A DNA stretch of 42,505 nucleotides from a virus (taxonomy: Duplodnaviria; Caudoviricetes), in IMG/VR virus record IMGVR_UViG_3300044676_005109, positions 1 to 42,505 of that record, one strand, 5' to 3'. Of this stretch, positions 35,034-42,505 are shown piece by piece. Position numbers and translations under genes: made by a program. A model generated the notes under the pieces. That model made no database searches, was not told the origin of the DNA, and worked only from the letters and a program-made list of their open reading frames with translations. Within the stretch, counting starts at the first letter, position 1. Each line of letters begins with the position of its first letter.

Positions 35034-35271
35034 CTAAGGATTACCCTTACTAAGGATTACCCTTGGCTAGGTACACCTAGCATTACGCTAGGTAATCCTT
35101 ATTTTTTTTTAGTAAAAAAAATAGAAAAGTAATTCTTATCTAGGGTAATCCTTACTAGGGTAATCCTTAGGTCAAAGTAGCTATAGGTATAACTCTGGGT
35201 ACAGGTATAGCTGTAACTAAAACTATAGCTATAAGTTGGAATTAGAGTAATCCTTACTAGGTTAATCCTTA
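35034..35271. repeat. direct and inverted repeat cluster (TAAGGATTACCCT / AGGGTAATCCTTA)
   Basis: Two tandem copies at 35034 and 35050; about six opposite-orientation copies near 35088, 35126, 35140, 35155, 35243 and 35257. Confidence 0.9.
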
Positions 35272-36050
35272 TGGCTGAAAAGAGTTCTATTACAAGAGTC
35301 GGGACATCTGAGCCTTTTGAGCTTCAGGTTTCCCGAGGTCAGATATCTTTTCACTATGCTCTGCATAAGTTTGGATTTAACCCGGACGTAGATGATTCTT
35401 TAGAGACCGTGTGGACTGAGGGAGGATTGTATTCCTACCTATCCGCCGCGACTGTTCTGAAGGTTTCCAGCTCTAGCACCGCCGACACATCAGCGGGTAC
35501 TGGGGCTAGGACTGTTCAGCTATATGGGCTGGACGCCGACTATAACGAAATCAATGAGACCGTCACCCTTAACGGTCAGACCGCTGTCAACACCACCAAT
35601 TCATTCTTGCGTATCAATCGTATGATTGTTCGCACTGCCGGAACTGGTGGCATTAACGCAGGGGTTATCTATGCTGGCACTGGAACCGTCACAACCGGCG
35701 TTCCTGCGAATAAATACGCCACCATAGCGATAGGTGATGGGCAGACTTTGATGGCTTTGTGGACTGTACCGGCGGGATTTACGCTGTACATCTACCAGAC
35801 TGATGTCACTGTAGCCACCACGCAGAACAACAAGTATGCCACGATCTCGCTTGTTGCCCGGCCTCTTGGTGAGGTGTTTCAGGTTAGGGACAGGTTCGTT
35901 AAGGCAGAGAGCCAGACCACAATTGAATATGCTTTTCCTTTGAAGTTTGAAGAAAAGACTGACATTGAGCATCGATGCATAGGTGACTCATCAGGTGCTA
36001 ATATAGCCATTTCTGCTGCAATTGATGGCGCTTATATAGCTAATTCGTGA
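35271..36050 (+). CDS. conserved hypothetical beta-rich phage protein (possibly virion-associated)
   Basis: 259 aa, Thr/Gly-rich; KFG.N.DVD...ETVW..GG.Y and D...GTGAR.V...GLD motifs; coupled to terL. Confidence 0.75.
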   Translation: MAEKSSITRVGTSEPFELQVSRGQISFHYALHKFGFNPDVDDSLETVWTEGGLYSYLSAATVLKVSSSSTADTSAGTGARTVQLYGLDADYNEINETVTLNGQTAVNTTNSFLRINRMIVRTAGTGGINAGVIYAGTGTVTTGVPANKYATIAIGDGQTLMALWTVPAGFTLYIYQTDVTVATTQNNKYATISLVARPLGEVFQVRDRFVKAESQTTIEYAFPLKFEEKTDIEHRCIGDSSGANIAISAAIDGAYIANS

Positions 36051-37558
36051 ACATTGATCAAAATTTAATCAGTTCTCTGGATAAGGCTTCTCCTGAAGAT
36101 AAGGCTGAGATCCTTGCTCTGATCGAAGAGCTGGAGGATCTTAAGCAGGTTGAAGCTGCCCGTGGTGGGTTTATCGACTTTGTACGCACGATGTGGCCGT
36201 CCTTTATCGATGGTGAACACCATAAGATAATGGCCTCGGCCTTTGAGCGTATTGCTCGTGGCGAGTTGAAGCGGTTGATAGTAAATATGCCGCCTCGACA
36301 CACCAAGAGCGAATTTGCCAGTTATATGCTCCCGGCTTGGTTTCTGGGGCAGTACCCAAATAAGAAAATAATACAAACCGCCCATACCGCCGAGTTGTCT
36401 GTTGGTTTTGGTAGGCGGGTTCGTAACCTCGTAGATAGTGAGGATTTCAAGAAAGTTTTCCCAGAGCTGACTCTTAGGCCCGACTCCAAGGCTGCTGGGA
36501 GATGGAGTACCAGTGTCGGTGGCGAGTATTTCGCTATCGGTGTTGGTGGTGCTGTAACTGGTAAAGGTGCTGACCTGCTCATTATCGATGACCCCCACTC
36601 GGAGCAGGAAGGACAGAGTGCCGACCCCACTGTGTTTGACAGAACCTATGAATGGTACACATCCGGGCCTCGTCAGCGATTACAACCGGGAGGAGCTATT
36701 GTCATCGTAATGACTCGATGGCATATGCGAGATCTGACCGGAAAGATACTCAAGTCTTCTTCTCAACGGGCTGGAACCGATGAATGGGAGTTGATTGAGT
36801 TCCCTGCTCTGATGTATGAGAACACAGAGAGGGAGAAGTCATTGTGGCCTCAGTTCTGGTCTAAGAAGGAACTGGATGCCCTGAAAGCGGAACTGCCGCC
36901 TTCTAAGTGGAATGCACAGTATCAGCAGAACCCTACCGCAGAGGAGGGTGCGCTGGTTAAGAAGGAATGGTGGAAGATCTGGGAGAATGACAGACCGCCT
37001 CCCTGCGAATTTGTTATTCAGTCTTGGGACACGGCGTTCCTCAAGACACAGAGATCAGACTACTCAGCCTGTACAACGTGGGGCGTCTTCTATGCCCCGG
37101 ACGATGAAGGCAAGACTCAACCAAACATAATCCTTCTTGATGCCTACAAAGAGCGTCTGGAGTTCCCAGAGCTTAAGCAGAAGGCATTTGAGATGTGGCA
37201 GACGATGCAGCCGGACGCTTTTATTGTGGAAGCCAAGGCCGCTGGAACCCCATTGATATTTGAGCTACGGGCAATGGGTATCCCAGTATCTGAGTACACC
37301 CCATCCAGAGGTAATGACAAGATCGCTAGAGTTAACGCTGTGGCGGATTTGTTTGCTTCAGGCAACGTGTGGTGTCCAGAGACGAGGTTTGCTGAGGAAG
37401 TGATGGATGAGTTCGCGGCTTTCCCGGTGGGTGAGCATGACGATCTGGTGGACTCCTCCACACAGGCGCTACTGAGATTTCGTCAGGGCGGTTTCTTGAG
37501 ACTGCACAGCGATGAAGAGGATGAGCCTTTCTATGGCGGAAAAGCCAGTTACTATTAA
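36047..37558 (+). CDS. terL: terminase large subunit
   Basis: NMPPRHTKS Walker A, IIDDP Walker B, MTRWH, YQQNP, SWDTA and HDDLVDS nuclease motifs. Confidence 0.95.
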   Translation: MNIDQNLISSLDKASPEDKAEILALIEELEDLKQVEAARGGFIDFVRTMWPSFIDGEHHKIMASAFERIARGELKRLIVNMPPRHTKSEFASYMLPAWFLGQYPNKKIIQTAHTAELSVGFGRRVRNLVDSEDFKKVFPELTLRPDSKAAGRWSTSVGGEYFAIGVGGAVTGKGADLLIIDDPHSEQEGQSADPTVFDRTYEWYTSGPRQRLQPGGAIVIVMTRWHMRDLTGKILKSSSQRAGTDEWELIEFPALMYENTEREKSLWPQFWSKKELDALKAELPPSKWNAQYQQNPTAEEGALVKKEWWKIWENDRPPPCEFVIQSWDTAFLKTQRSDYSACTTWGVFYAPDDEGKTQPNIILLDAYKERLEFPELKQKAFEMWQTMQPDAFIVEAKAAGTPLIFELRAMGIPVSEYTPSRGNDKIARVNAVADLFASGNVWCPETRFAEEVMDEFAAFPVGEHDDLVDSSTQALLRFRQGGFLRLHSDEEDEPFYGGKASYY

Positions 37559-37577
37559 ACAGAGGAGTTAGAACCCT

Positions 37578-37778
37578 ATGTCAATAGAAATAAAAAATGT
37601 TTCTAATCAAGACTATAAAACCTTAGAAGATGTTATAACTAAGTCTATTCATGTTCTTAGCCACAACGCCGCTTGCGGAGATGCTAACGAATCGATGAAG
37701 GCTTCTCAGTCAGTATTAAATCTTTCTAATGCGCTTGCTGTCTTATCGAGGGTGGATGAACACAGACAATCAGTCTGA
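37578..37778 (+). CDS. hypothetical protein
   Basis: GAGGAG RBS; MK.SQ.VLNL.NA motif; lower GC than neighbours by eye. Confidence 0.65.
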   Translation: MSIEIKNVSNQDYKTLEDVITKSIHVLSHNAACGDANESMKASQSVLNLSNALAVLSRVDEHRQSV

Positions 37779-38370
37779 CGAAGCTATTGATCTCGAAGAA
37801 GAAGAGCAGAAGATCGAGACCGAGATTAGGGAATGGTCATCCAACGTCATTGAGATGCCTAACCCTTACTTCAACAACATCCCTACCTGCCCCTATGCCA
37901 AGGCAGCGTGGGAGAAGGATCTCGTTAAGATAGTGTTCGATCATAACGGCAGGGATGAGCAGCTACTCAAGTTTATCTCTGAATATGATGATGACTATGA
38001 CCTAGTGATCATTGTTGAGACCGACTACCCGGATGATCAGGAAGGCTTTCATGATGCTATTGACGAAGTTAATAGTCTTATCAGCCAAGATGTCTGGGGC
38101 GATACGGACTTATGGGTGATGGGATTCCATCCCCTTGATGAGGATATCGACGTTCTAAACGACGAGAGCTTTGAGCCTATCAGCGAATACAGCTATGGGT
38201 TAGTGTTTATCCAAAGGCTTTCTCTTCTTCAAGAGGCTGCTAACAAGCTTGAGACTCAGGGTTACTACGATGTATATAAAGGTAACACTGAGATGACTAG
38301 AATGTACGAAATCCGTAAAGACTATTACAGGAGATTCCTCGATGAGAAAGAAGGGAATGCGCGGCGGTAA
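37756..38370 (+). CDS. DUF1415-like protein
   Basis: W...V.E.P......P.CPYAK.AW, MGFHP, and QRLS.L..A...L...GYY motifs. Confidence 0.65.
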   Translation: MNTDNQSDEAIDLEEEEQKIETEIREWSSNVIEMPNPYFNNIPTCPYAKAAWEKDLVKIVFDHNGRDEQLLKFISEYDDDYDLVIIVETDYPDDQEGFHDAIDEVNSLISQDVWGDTDLWVMGFHPLDEDIDVLNDESFEPISEYSYGLVFIQRLSLLQEAANKLETQGYYDVYKGNTEMTRMYEIRKDYYRRFLDEKEGNARR

Positions 38371-38500
38371 GACTGTAGCCAAGAAGGTTATGGGCATGAA
38401 GGCTGGCAAGAAAGTCCCCAAGGTCAAGAAGATGAAAGCTGGAGGCCAGTGTCGAGGTATGGGCGCTGCCACTAAAGGCGGAAACTTCGAGGTCGTTTAA
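38342..38500 (+). CDS. 52-aa basic protein with repeated MxxG[GK] motifs (not in the ORF track)
   Basis: AGGAG RBS; MRKKGMRGGKTVAKKVMGMKAGKKVPKVKKMKAGGQCRGMGAATKGGNFEVV; TAATG coupling to the portal gene. Confidence 0.75.
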   Translation: MRKKGMRGGKTVAKKVMGMKAGKKVPKVKKMKAGGQCRGMGAATKGGNFEVV

Positions 38501-40962
38501 TGGCTATTGAAAAGTCTTTAGTCAGCAATCCGCTTGATGTAGATAGCGAGGAAGCTGTCGAGGTTAATATCGTTAACCCGGAGGCGGTCTCTATTGAGAC
38601 TCCAGAGGGTGGCGTTATTTTTGACTTCGACCCTAACGCATCAATGATGGGCGCCGAAGAACACGGCGCTAATCTTGCTGAATACATTGAGCCAGATGTT
38701 CTCGATATGATCGGGGCGGATCTTGTTGGTATGTATAACGCCGACAAAGACAGCCGATCTGATTGGGAAGAGTCCTACGTCAGGGGCTTAGATCTTCTGG
38801 GGTTGCGATTTGAAGACAGGACTATGCCTTGGGCAGGGGCTTGTGGTGTGTTTCACCCAATGCTTTCTGAGGCGGTGGTTCGGTTTCAGGCTCAAACCAT
38901 ACAGGAAATCTTTCCTGCCAGTGGCCCAGCCAAGACATCTATCGTTGGTAAGCTGACTGACGATAAGGTCAAGCAGGCTCATCGTGTTCAGGACTACCTG
39001 AACTACCTGATGACCGAGAGAATGTCGGAGTATCGCTCCGAAACTGAGAAGCTTTTGTTCTCTTTGCCTATTGCTGGCTCTGCTTTCAGGAAGGTTTACT
39101 ACGATCCTAACCTCGGCAGGCCGTGCAGTATGTTCGTTCCTGCTGAAGACTTCGTCGTTAGCTACGGCGCATCCGACTTAAAGACCTGTGAACGTGCCAC
39201 ACACGTCATGAAGAAGACTCCTAACGAGATTAGGAAGCTCCAAGTGTCTGGTTTTTATAGAGATGTTGACCTTCCTACCCCTAGCCCGGACATTGGGCAT
39301 ATTCAGGAGGAGTACAACAAGCTCACAGGCAGCAGTATCAACTACGAAGTTGATCAGAGACACACTCTTTTGGAGATGGTTGTCGATTATGACCTCCCCG
39401 GCTTTGAAGATATGCAGGGCGGAGAGGAAACTGGCATAGCTTTGCCCTATGTAATCACCATCGACAAGGGTTCTCGTAAGGTTTTATCCATAAAACGCAA
39501 CTGGAATGAAGAAGATCCGCAGAAACTTAAGGTAGAACACTTCGTTCACTACACCTATTTGCCCGGATTGGGCTTCTACGGCTTCGGATTAGTCCACATG
39601 ATCGGCGGATTGAGCAAATCTGCTACCTCATTACTGCGTCAATTGGTGGATTCAGGCACTTTAGCCAACCTACCCGGCGGTTTGAAGGCCCGTGGCCTCA
39701 AGATTAAGGGGGATGACACCCCAATTATGCCGGGCGAGTTCCGAGATGTGGACGTTCCGGGCGGAACTATACGGGATAACATCAGTTTTATGCCGTATAA
39801 GGAGCCGTCTAACGTCCTTTACCAGCTATTAGGGGACATTGTCCAAGAAGGGCGGCGATTCGCCTCCTCAGCGGACGTGAAAGCCTCTGATATGAACTCT
39901 GAAGCGCCGGTTGGCACGACATTAGCCATACTTGAGCGCGAAATGAAGGTGTTAAGCGCCGTTCAGGCCCGTGTTCACCACGCTATGGGCGTTGAATTAA
40001 AGATTTTAAGCAGAATTGTTAGGGATTACGGCCCAATGCGCTACCCATACGACGATTCTGAGGAGCCTTTGATGGCTCAGGACTTCGATGATCGCGTTGA
40101 TATCATTCCTGTCAGCGATCCGAACAGTGGCACGATGGCCCAGCGCATAATGCAGTACCAAGCCGCGCTGCAACTATCAGCTACCGCGCCACAGATGTAT
40201 GACCTACCACTACTTCACCGTCAAATGATAGAAGTACTGGGCATAAGGGATGCCGACAACATTATTCCAACGGATAAAGACCTTAAGCCTACAGATCCGG
40301 TAAGCGAAAACATGAACATCATTAACGGAGAACCCGTTAAGGCGTTTATCTATCAGGATCATGAGGCGCATATACAAACGCATATGTCTGCTATGGAAGA
40401 TCCTAAGCTATTGAAGATATTAGCGATGGCTCCAGACGCGAAAGTCAAGCAGGCGCAAATGATGGCGCATATTTCAGAACACGTTGCCTTCTCTTATCGA
40501 CAACAGATAGAGAAAGAACTCGGCGTGGAGCTGCCTCCGCCAGACGAACCATTACCAGAAGACATCGAATTGAGGCTATCCAAGCTCGTTGCTCCTGCCG
40601 CTGCACAACTCACCGGAAAGGACAAGAAAGAGATGGAAGCCCAGCGCATACAGGAGCAGATGCAAGATCCACTCATCCAGCTCCAGCAAGCAGAGTTGCA
40701 GCTTAAGGCGAAGCAAGCTCAAGACAAAGTCCAGACTGATATGGCTAAGATTCAGGCGGATCTCGAAAAGAGTAGAGAGAAGACTGAGCTTGAGAGAGAC
40801 AAGCTTTCTCAGGAAGCCAAGGTTGAGGGCGCTAAATTGGGCGTTCGTGTAGCTGAAGACGCATCCAGAGATGACATAGAGAAAACTCGAATGAAATCAA
40901 AGGATATGCTTGAAGGCGTTAAGGTGGGTGTCGATATAGCGAAGGAGCTATCTGGTGAGTGA
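38500..40962 (+). CDS. portal protein
   Basis: 820 aa after terL; SR.DWE..Y..GL.LLG, HP.L.EA..RFQA, GSAFRKVYYD, GFYGFGL.H and a C-terminal coiled-coil barrel. Confidence 0.9.
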   Translation: MAIEKSLVSNPLDVDSEEAVEVNIVNPEAVSIETPEGGVIFDFDPNASMMGAEEHGANLAEYIEPDVLDMIGADLVGMYNADKDSRSDWEESYVRGLDLLGLRFEDRTMPWAGACGVFHPMLSEAVVRFQAQTIQEIFPASGPAKTSIVGKLTDDKVKQAHRVQDYLNYLMTERMSEYRSETEKLLFSLPIAGSAFRKVYYDPNLGRPCSMFVPAEDFVVSYGASDLKTCERATHVMKKTPNEIRKLQVSGFYRDVDLPTPSPDIGHIQEEYNKLTGSSINYEVDQRHTLLEMVVDYDLPGFEDMQGGEETGIALPYVITIDKGSRKVLSIKRNWNEEDPQKLKVEHFVHYTYLPGLGFYGFGLVHMIGGLSKSATSLLRQLVDSGTLANLPGGLKARGLKIKGDDTPIMPGEFRDVDVPGGTIRDNISFMPYKEPSNVLYQLLGDIVQEGRRFASSADVKASDMNSEAPVGTTLAILEREMKVLSAVQARVHHAMGVELKILSRIVRDYGPMRYPYDDSEEPLMAQDFDDRVDIIPVSDPNSGTMAQRIMQYQAALQLSATAPQMYDLPLLHRQMIEVLGIRDADNIIPTDKDLKPTDPVSENMNIINGEPVKAFIYQDHEAHIQTHMSAMEDPKLLKILAMAPDAKVKQAQMMAHISEHVAFSYRQQIEKELGVELPPPDEPLPEDIELRLSKLVAPAAAQLTGKDKKEMEAQRIQEQMQDPLIQLQQAELQLKAKQAQDKVQTDMAKIQADLEKSREKTELERDKLSQEAKVEGAKLGVRVAEDASRDDIEKTRMKSKDMLEGVKVGVDIAKELSGE

Positions 40963-41155
40963 TGTTTTCAGTAATAACGCTTTAAAGGTTTTGCGCGATA
41001 ACTACCGGCGGATGATGAACGATATAAGCGATCATGTCAGCACGGGTAGCTGCAAGACATATGACGAATACTCTAAATGCTGCGGGATCATTGAGGGTCT
41101 TGCTATGGCAGAAAGAGAACTTCTGGATCTGAACGAAAAGATTGAGAAGGCATAG
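40955..41155 (+). CDS. hypothetical protein
   Basis: G......Y...CG.I.GL..AE pattern typical of the gene between portal and GroES; GGAG RBS. Confidence 0.75.
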   Translation: MSDVFSNNALKVLRDNYRRMMNDISDHVSTGSCKTYDEYSKCCGIIEGLAMAERELLDLNEKIEKA

Positions 41156-41218
41156 TTCTCCGCACATTGCGGTGCAAGGTGACTCTGGACACCATCTTCC
41201 AGTGCGAAAGGAATAGAT

Positions 41219-41602
41219 ATGAGCGAAGCTGCTACGGTTGAGGTTGGTTCTGTTGAGGCAGATACAAAGCCTTCTCAGTTACCTGAGCCTACTGGATACA
41301 AGATATTAATCGCGCTGCCTGAAGTTGATGAAAAGACAGAGGGCGGAATCATTAAGGCACAAGAAACAATGCACCTTGAAGAGGTGGGTTCCATTGTGGG
41401 ATTTGTGATGAAGCTTGGCCCGGATGCTTATGAAGACAAAAAGAAGTTCCCTAACGGTGCTTATTGCAAGGAAGGGGATTTTGTTTTGATGAGGTCTTAT
41501 TCTGGGACTCGGTTCTCGATACACGGGAAAGAGTTCAGGCTGATTAATGACGATAGCGTTGAGGCTGTTATTGACGATCCAAGAGGCATTAGGAAGGTAT
41601 GA
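41219..41602 (+). CDS. groES: co-chaperonin GroES (Cpn10)
   Basis: P.GYKILI, EKTEGGII, G.V.K.GP.AY, K.GD.V, YSGT and RLINDD.V.AV. Confidence 0.9.
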   Translation: MSEAATVEVGSVEADTKPSQLPEPTGYKILIALPEVDEKTEGGIIKAQETMHLEEVGSIVGFVMKLGPDAYEDKKKFPNGAYCKEGDFVLMRSYSGTRFSIHGKEFRLINDDSVEAVIDDPRGIRKV

Positions 41603-42505
41603 GCGAAGAACAAACCCAAGAGACAAGTAGTGAAGACAAGTTCTTTGGCGTTAAGACTCAGATTGGCAAGAAGTCCGACCCTGCTCCTGTTGAGGAAGCT
41701 AGTGACATTGAGGTCAAGGTTGTCGATGATACTCCGCCAGAGGACAGGAACAGACCTAGCTTTAGTGATGACACCCCGGCTGATGACGGTATCACTGAGG
41801 ATGAGCTGAAAAGCTATACCGGGTCTGCTCAAAAGAGAATCAATAAGCTGCGGGCGATTAACAACGATGATCGCCGGAAGCGAGAGCAAGCTGAGAAGAT
41901 GCGCGACGAAGCTGTTCGTGTAGCTCAAGAGCTTGTCGAGAAGAACAAGAACTACCAATCTATGATAGATCGTGGTGAGTCTGCTCTTCTTGATTCTGTG
42001 AAGCAGAAGGCGAAAGTTGACTATGAATCTGCCAAGCAGAACTATAAGACGGCTTATGAGGAAGGCGATACTGAAAAGATATTAGCCACTCAAGAAGCTA
42101 TGAACTTGGCTCACTATGAGCTTAAGGAAGTTGAGAAGAAGGAACAGGGCAGGCAGTTTGCTCAAAAGGCTAGGGAAGCTCAGGCCAAGTATCAGCCTCA
42201 GCAACCAGCCCAACAGCCAGCCCCAGAGCCTCAGCAACTTTCTCAAAAGCAAATTAGCTGGAAGGAAAACAATCCTTGGTTCATGCATGATGATCACAAG
42301 GATATGACTGCCTTGGCGTATGGTGTTCATGAAAAACTGATACGCGACGAAAGGTTAGATCCTAACAGCGATGAGTACTACAATAGGATTGACGCAACAA
42401 TGCGTCAGAAGTTTCCTGAATACTTTGGTGAAGATGCTCGTTCTGGGAGCGAAGCTCCATCTGCACCAAGTAGGGCAAACGTGGTGGCCCCAGCCAATAG
42501 AAATA
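41599..42505 (+). CDS. putative capsid scaffolding protein, 3'-truncated (not in the ORF track)
   Basis: ATGA overlap with groES; acidic N-terminus with VVDDTPPEDRNR, coiled coil, W...NPWF and MTALAYGVHE.L; runs off the window end. Confidence 0.75.
   Translation, partial: MSEEQTQETSSEDKFFGVKTQIGKKSDPAPVEEASDIEVKVVDDTPPEDRNRPSFSDDTPADDGITEDELKSYTGSAQKRINKLRAINNDDRRKREQAEKMRDEAVRVAQELVEKNKNYQSMIDRGESALLDSVKQKAKVDYESAKQNYKTAYEEGDTEKILATQEAMNLAHYELKEVEKKEQGRQFAQKAREAQAKYQPQQPAQQPAPEPQQLSQKQISWKENNPWFMHDDHKDMTALAYGVHEKLIRDERLDPNSDEYYNRIDATMRQKFPEYFGEDARSGSEAPSAPSRANVVAPANRN

Noticed and set aside
1-42505. Prophage, integrase, DGR, intron/intein or stop-codon recoding
   Set aside because: No host genes, integrase or reverse transcriptase were recognised. 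Core genes are uninterrupted, of normal size, and tile well under the standard code.

Overview
The whole window is a large part of a tailed dsDNA bacteriophage genome. Its podovirus-like organisation (no tape measure or sheath genes seen) resembles uncultured marine phages, which is an inference. From left to right: a lysis/accessory cassette (class-3 lipase, lipoprotein, SNase nuclease, holin-like protein, lysozyme); a tail stabilisation protein; internal/ejection proteins with a GNAT and a 2802-aa large polyvalent protein; a minus-strand recombination operon (Cas4-like exonuclease, Sak-like annealase, SSB, Nin-like genes); RusA plus a primase-helicase; a minus-strand block of small early genes including ArdC, punctuated by RNA hairpins; a repeat-rich region around terS; then terL, portal, GroES and a truncated scaffold-like gene. 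No integrase, DNA polymerase, tRNA or CRISPR array was recognised. The most notable signals are: (1) a 62-aa gene with its own RBS overprinted in the +1 frame inside the polyvalent protein, directly behind a glycosylase-like effector domain (candidate nested immunity gene), with YSR-type motifs bracketing the domains; (2) a ~190-nt multibranch structured RNA in the early region; (3) seven exactly 23-bp-phased repeats, a second inverted repeat family and IHF sites around terS. All family assignments are from motif recognition by eye, not from database searches.
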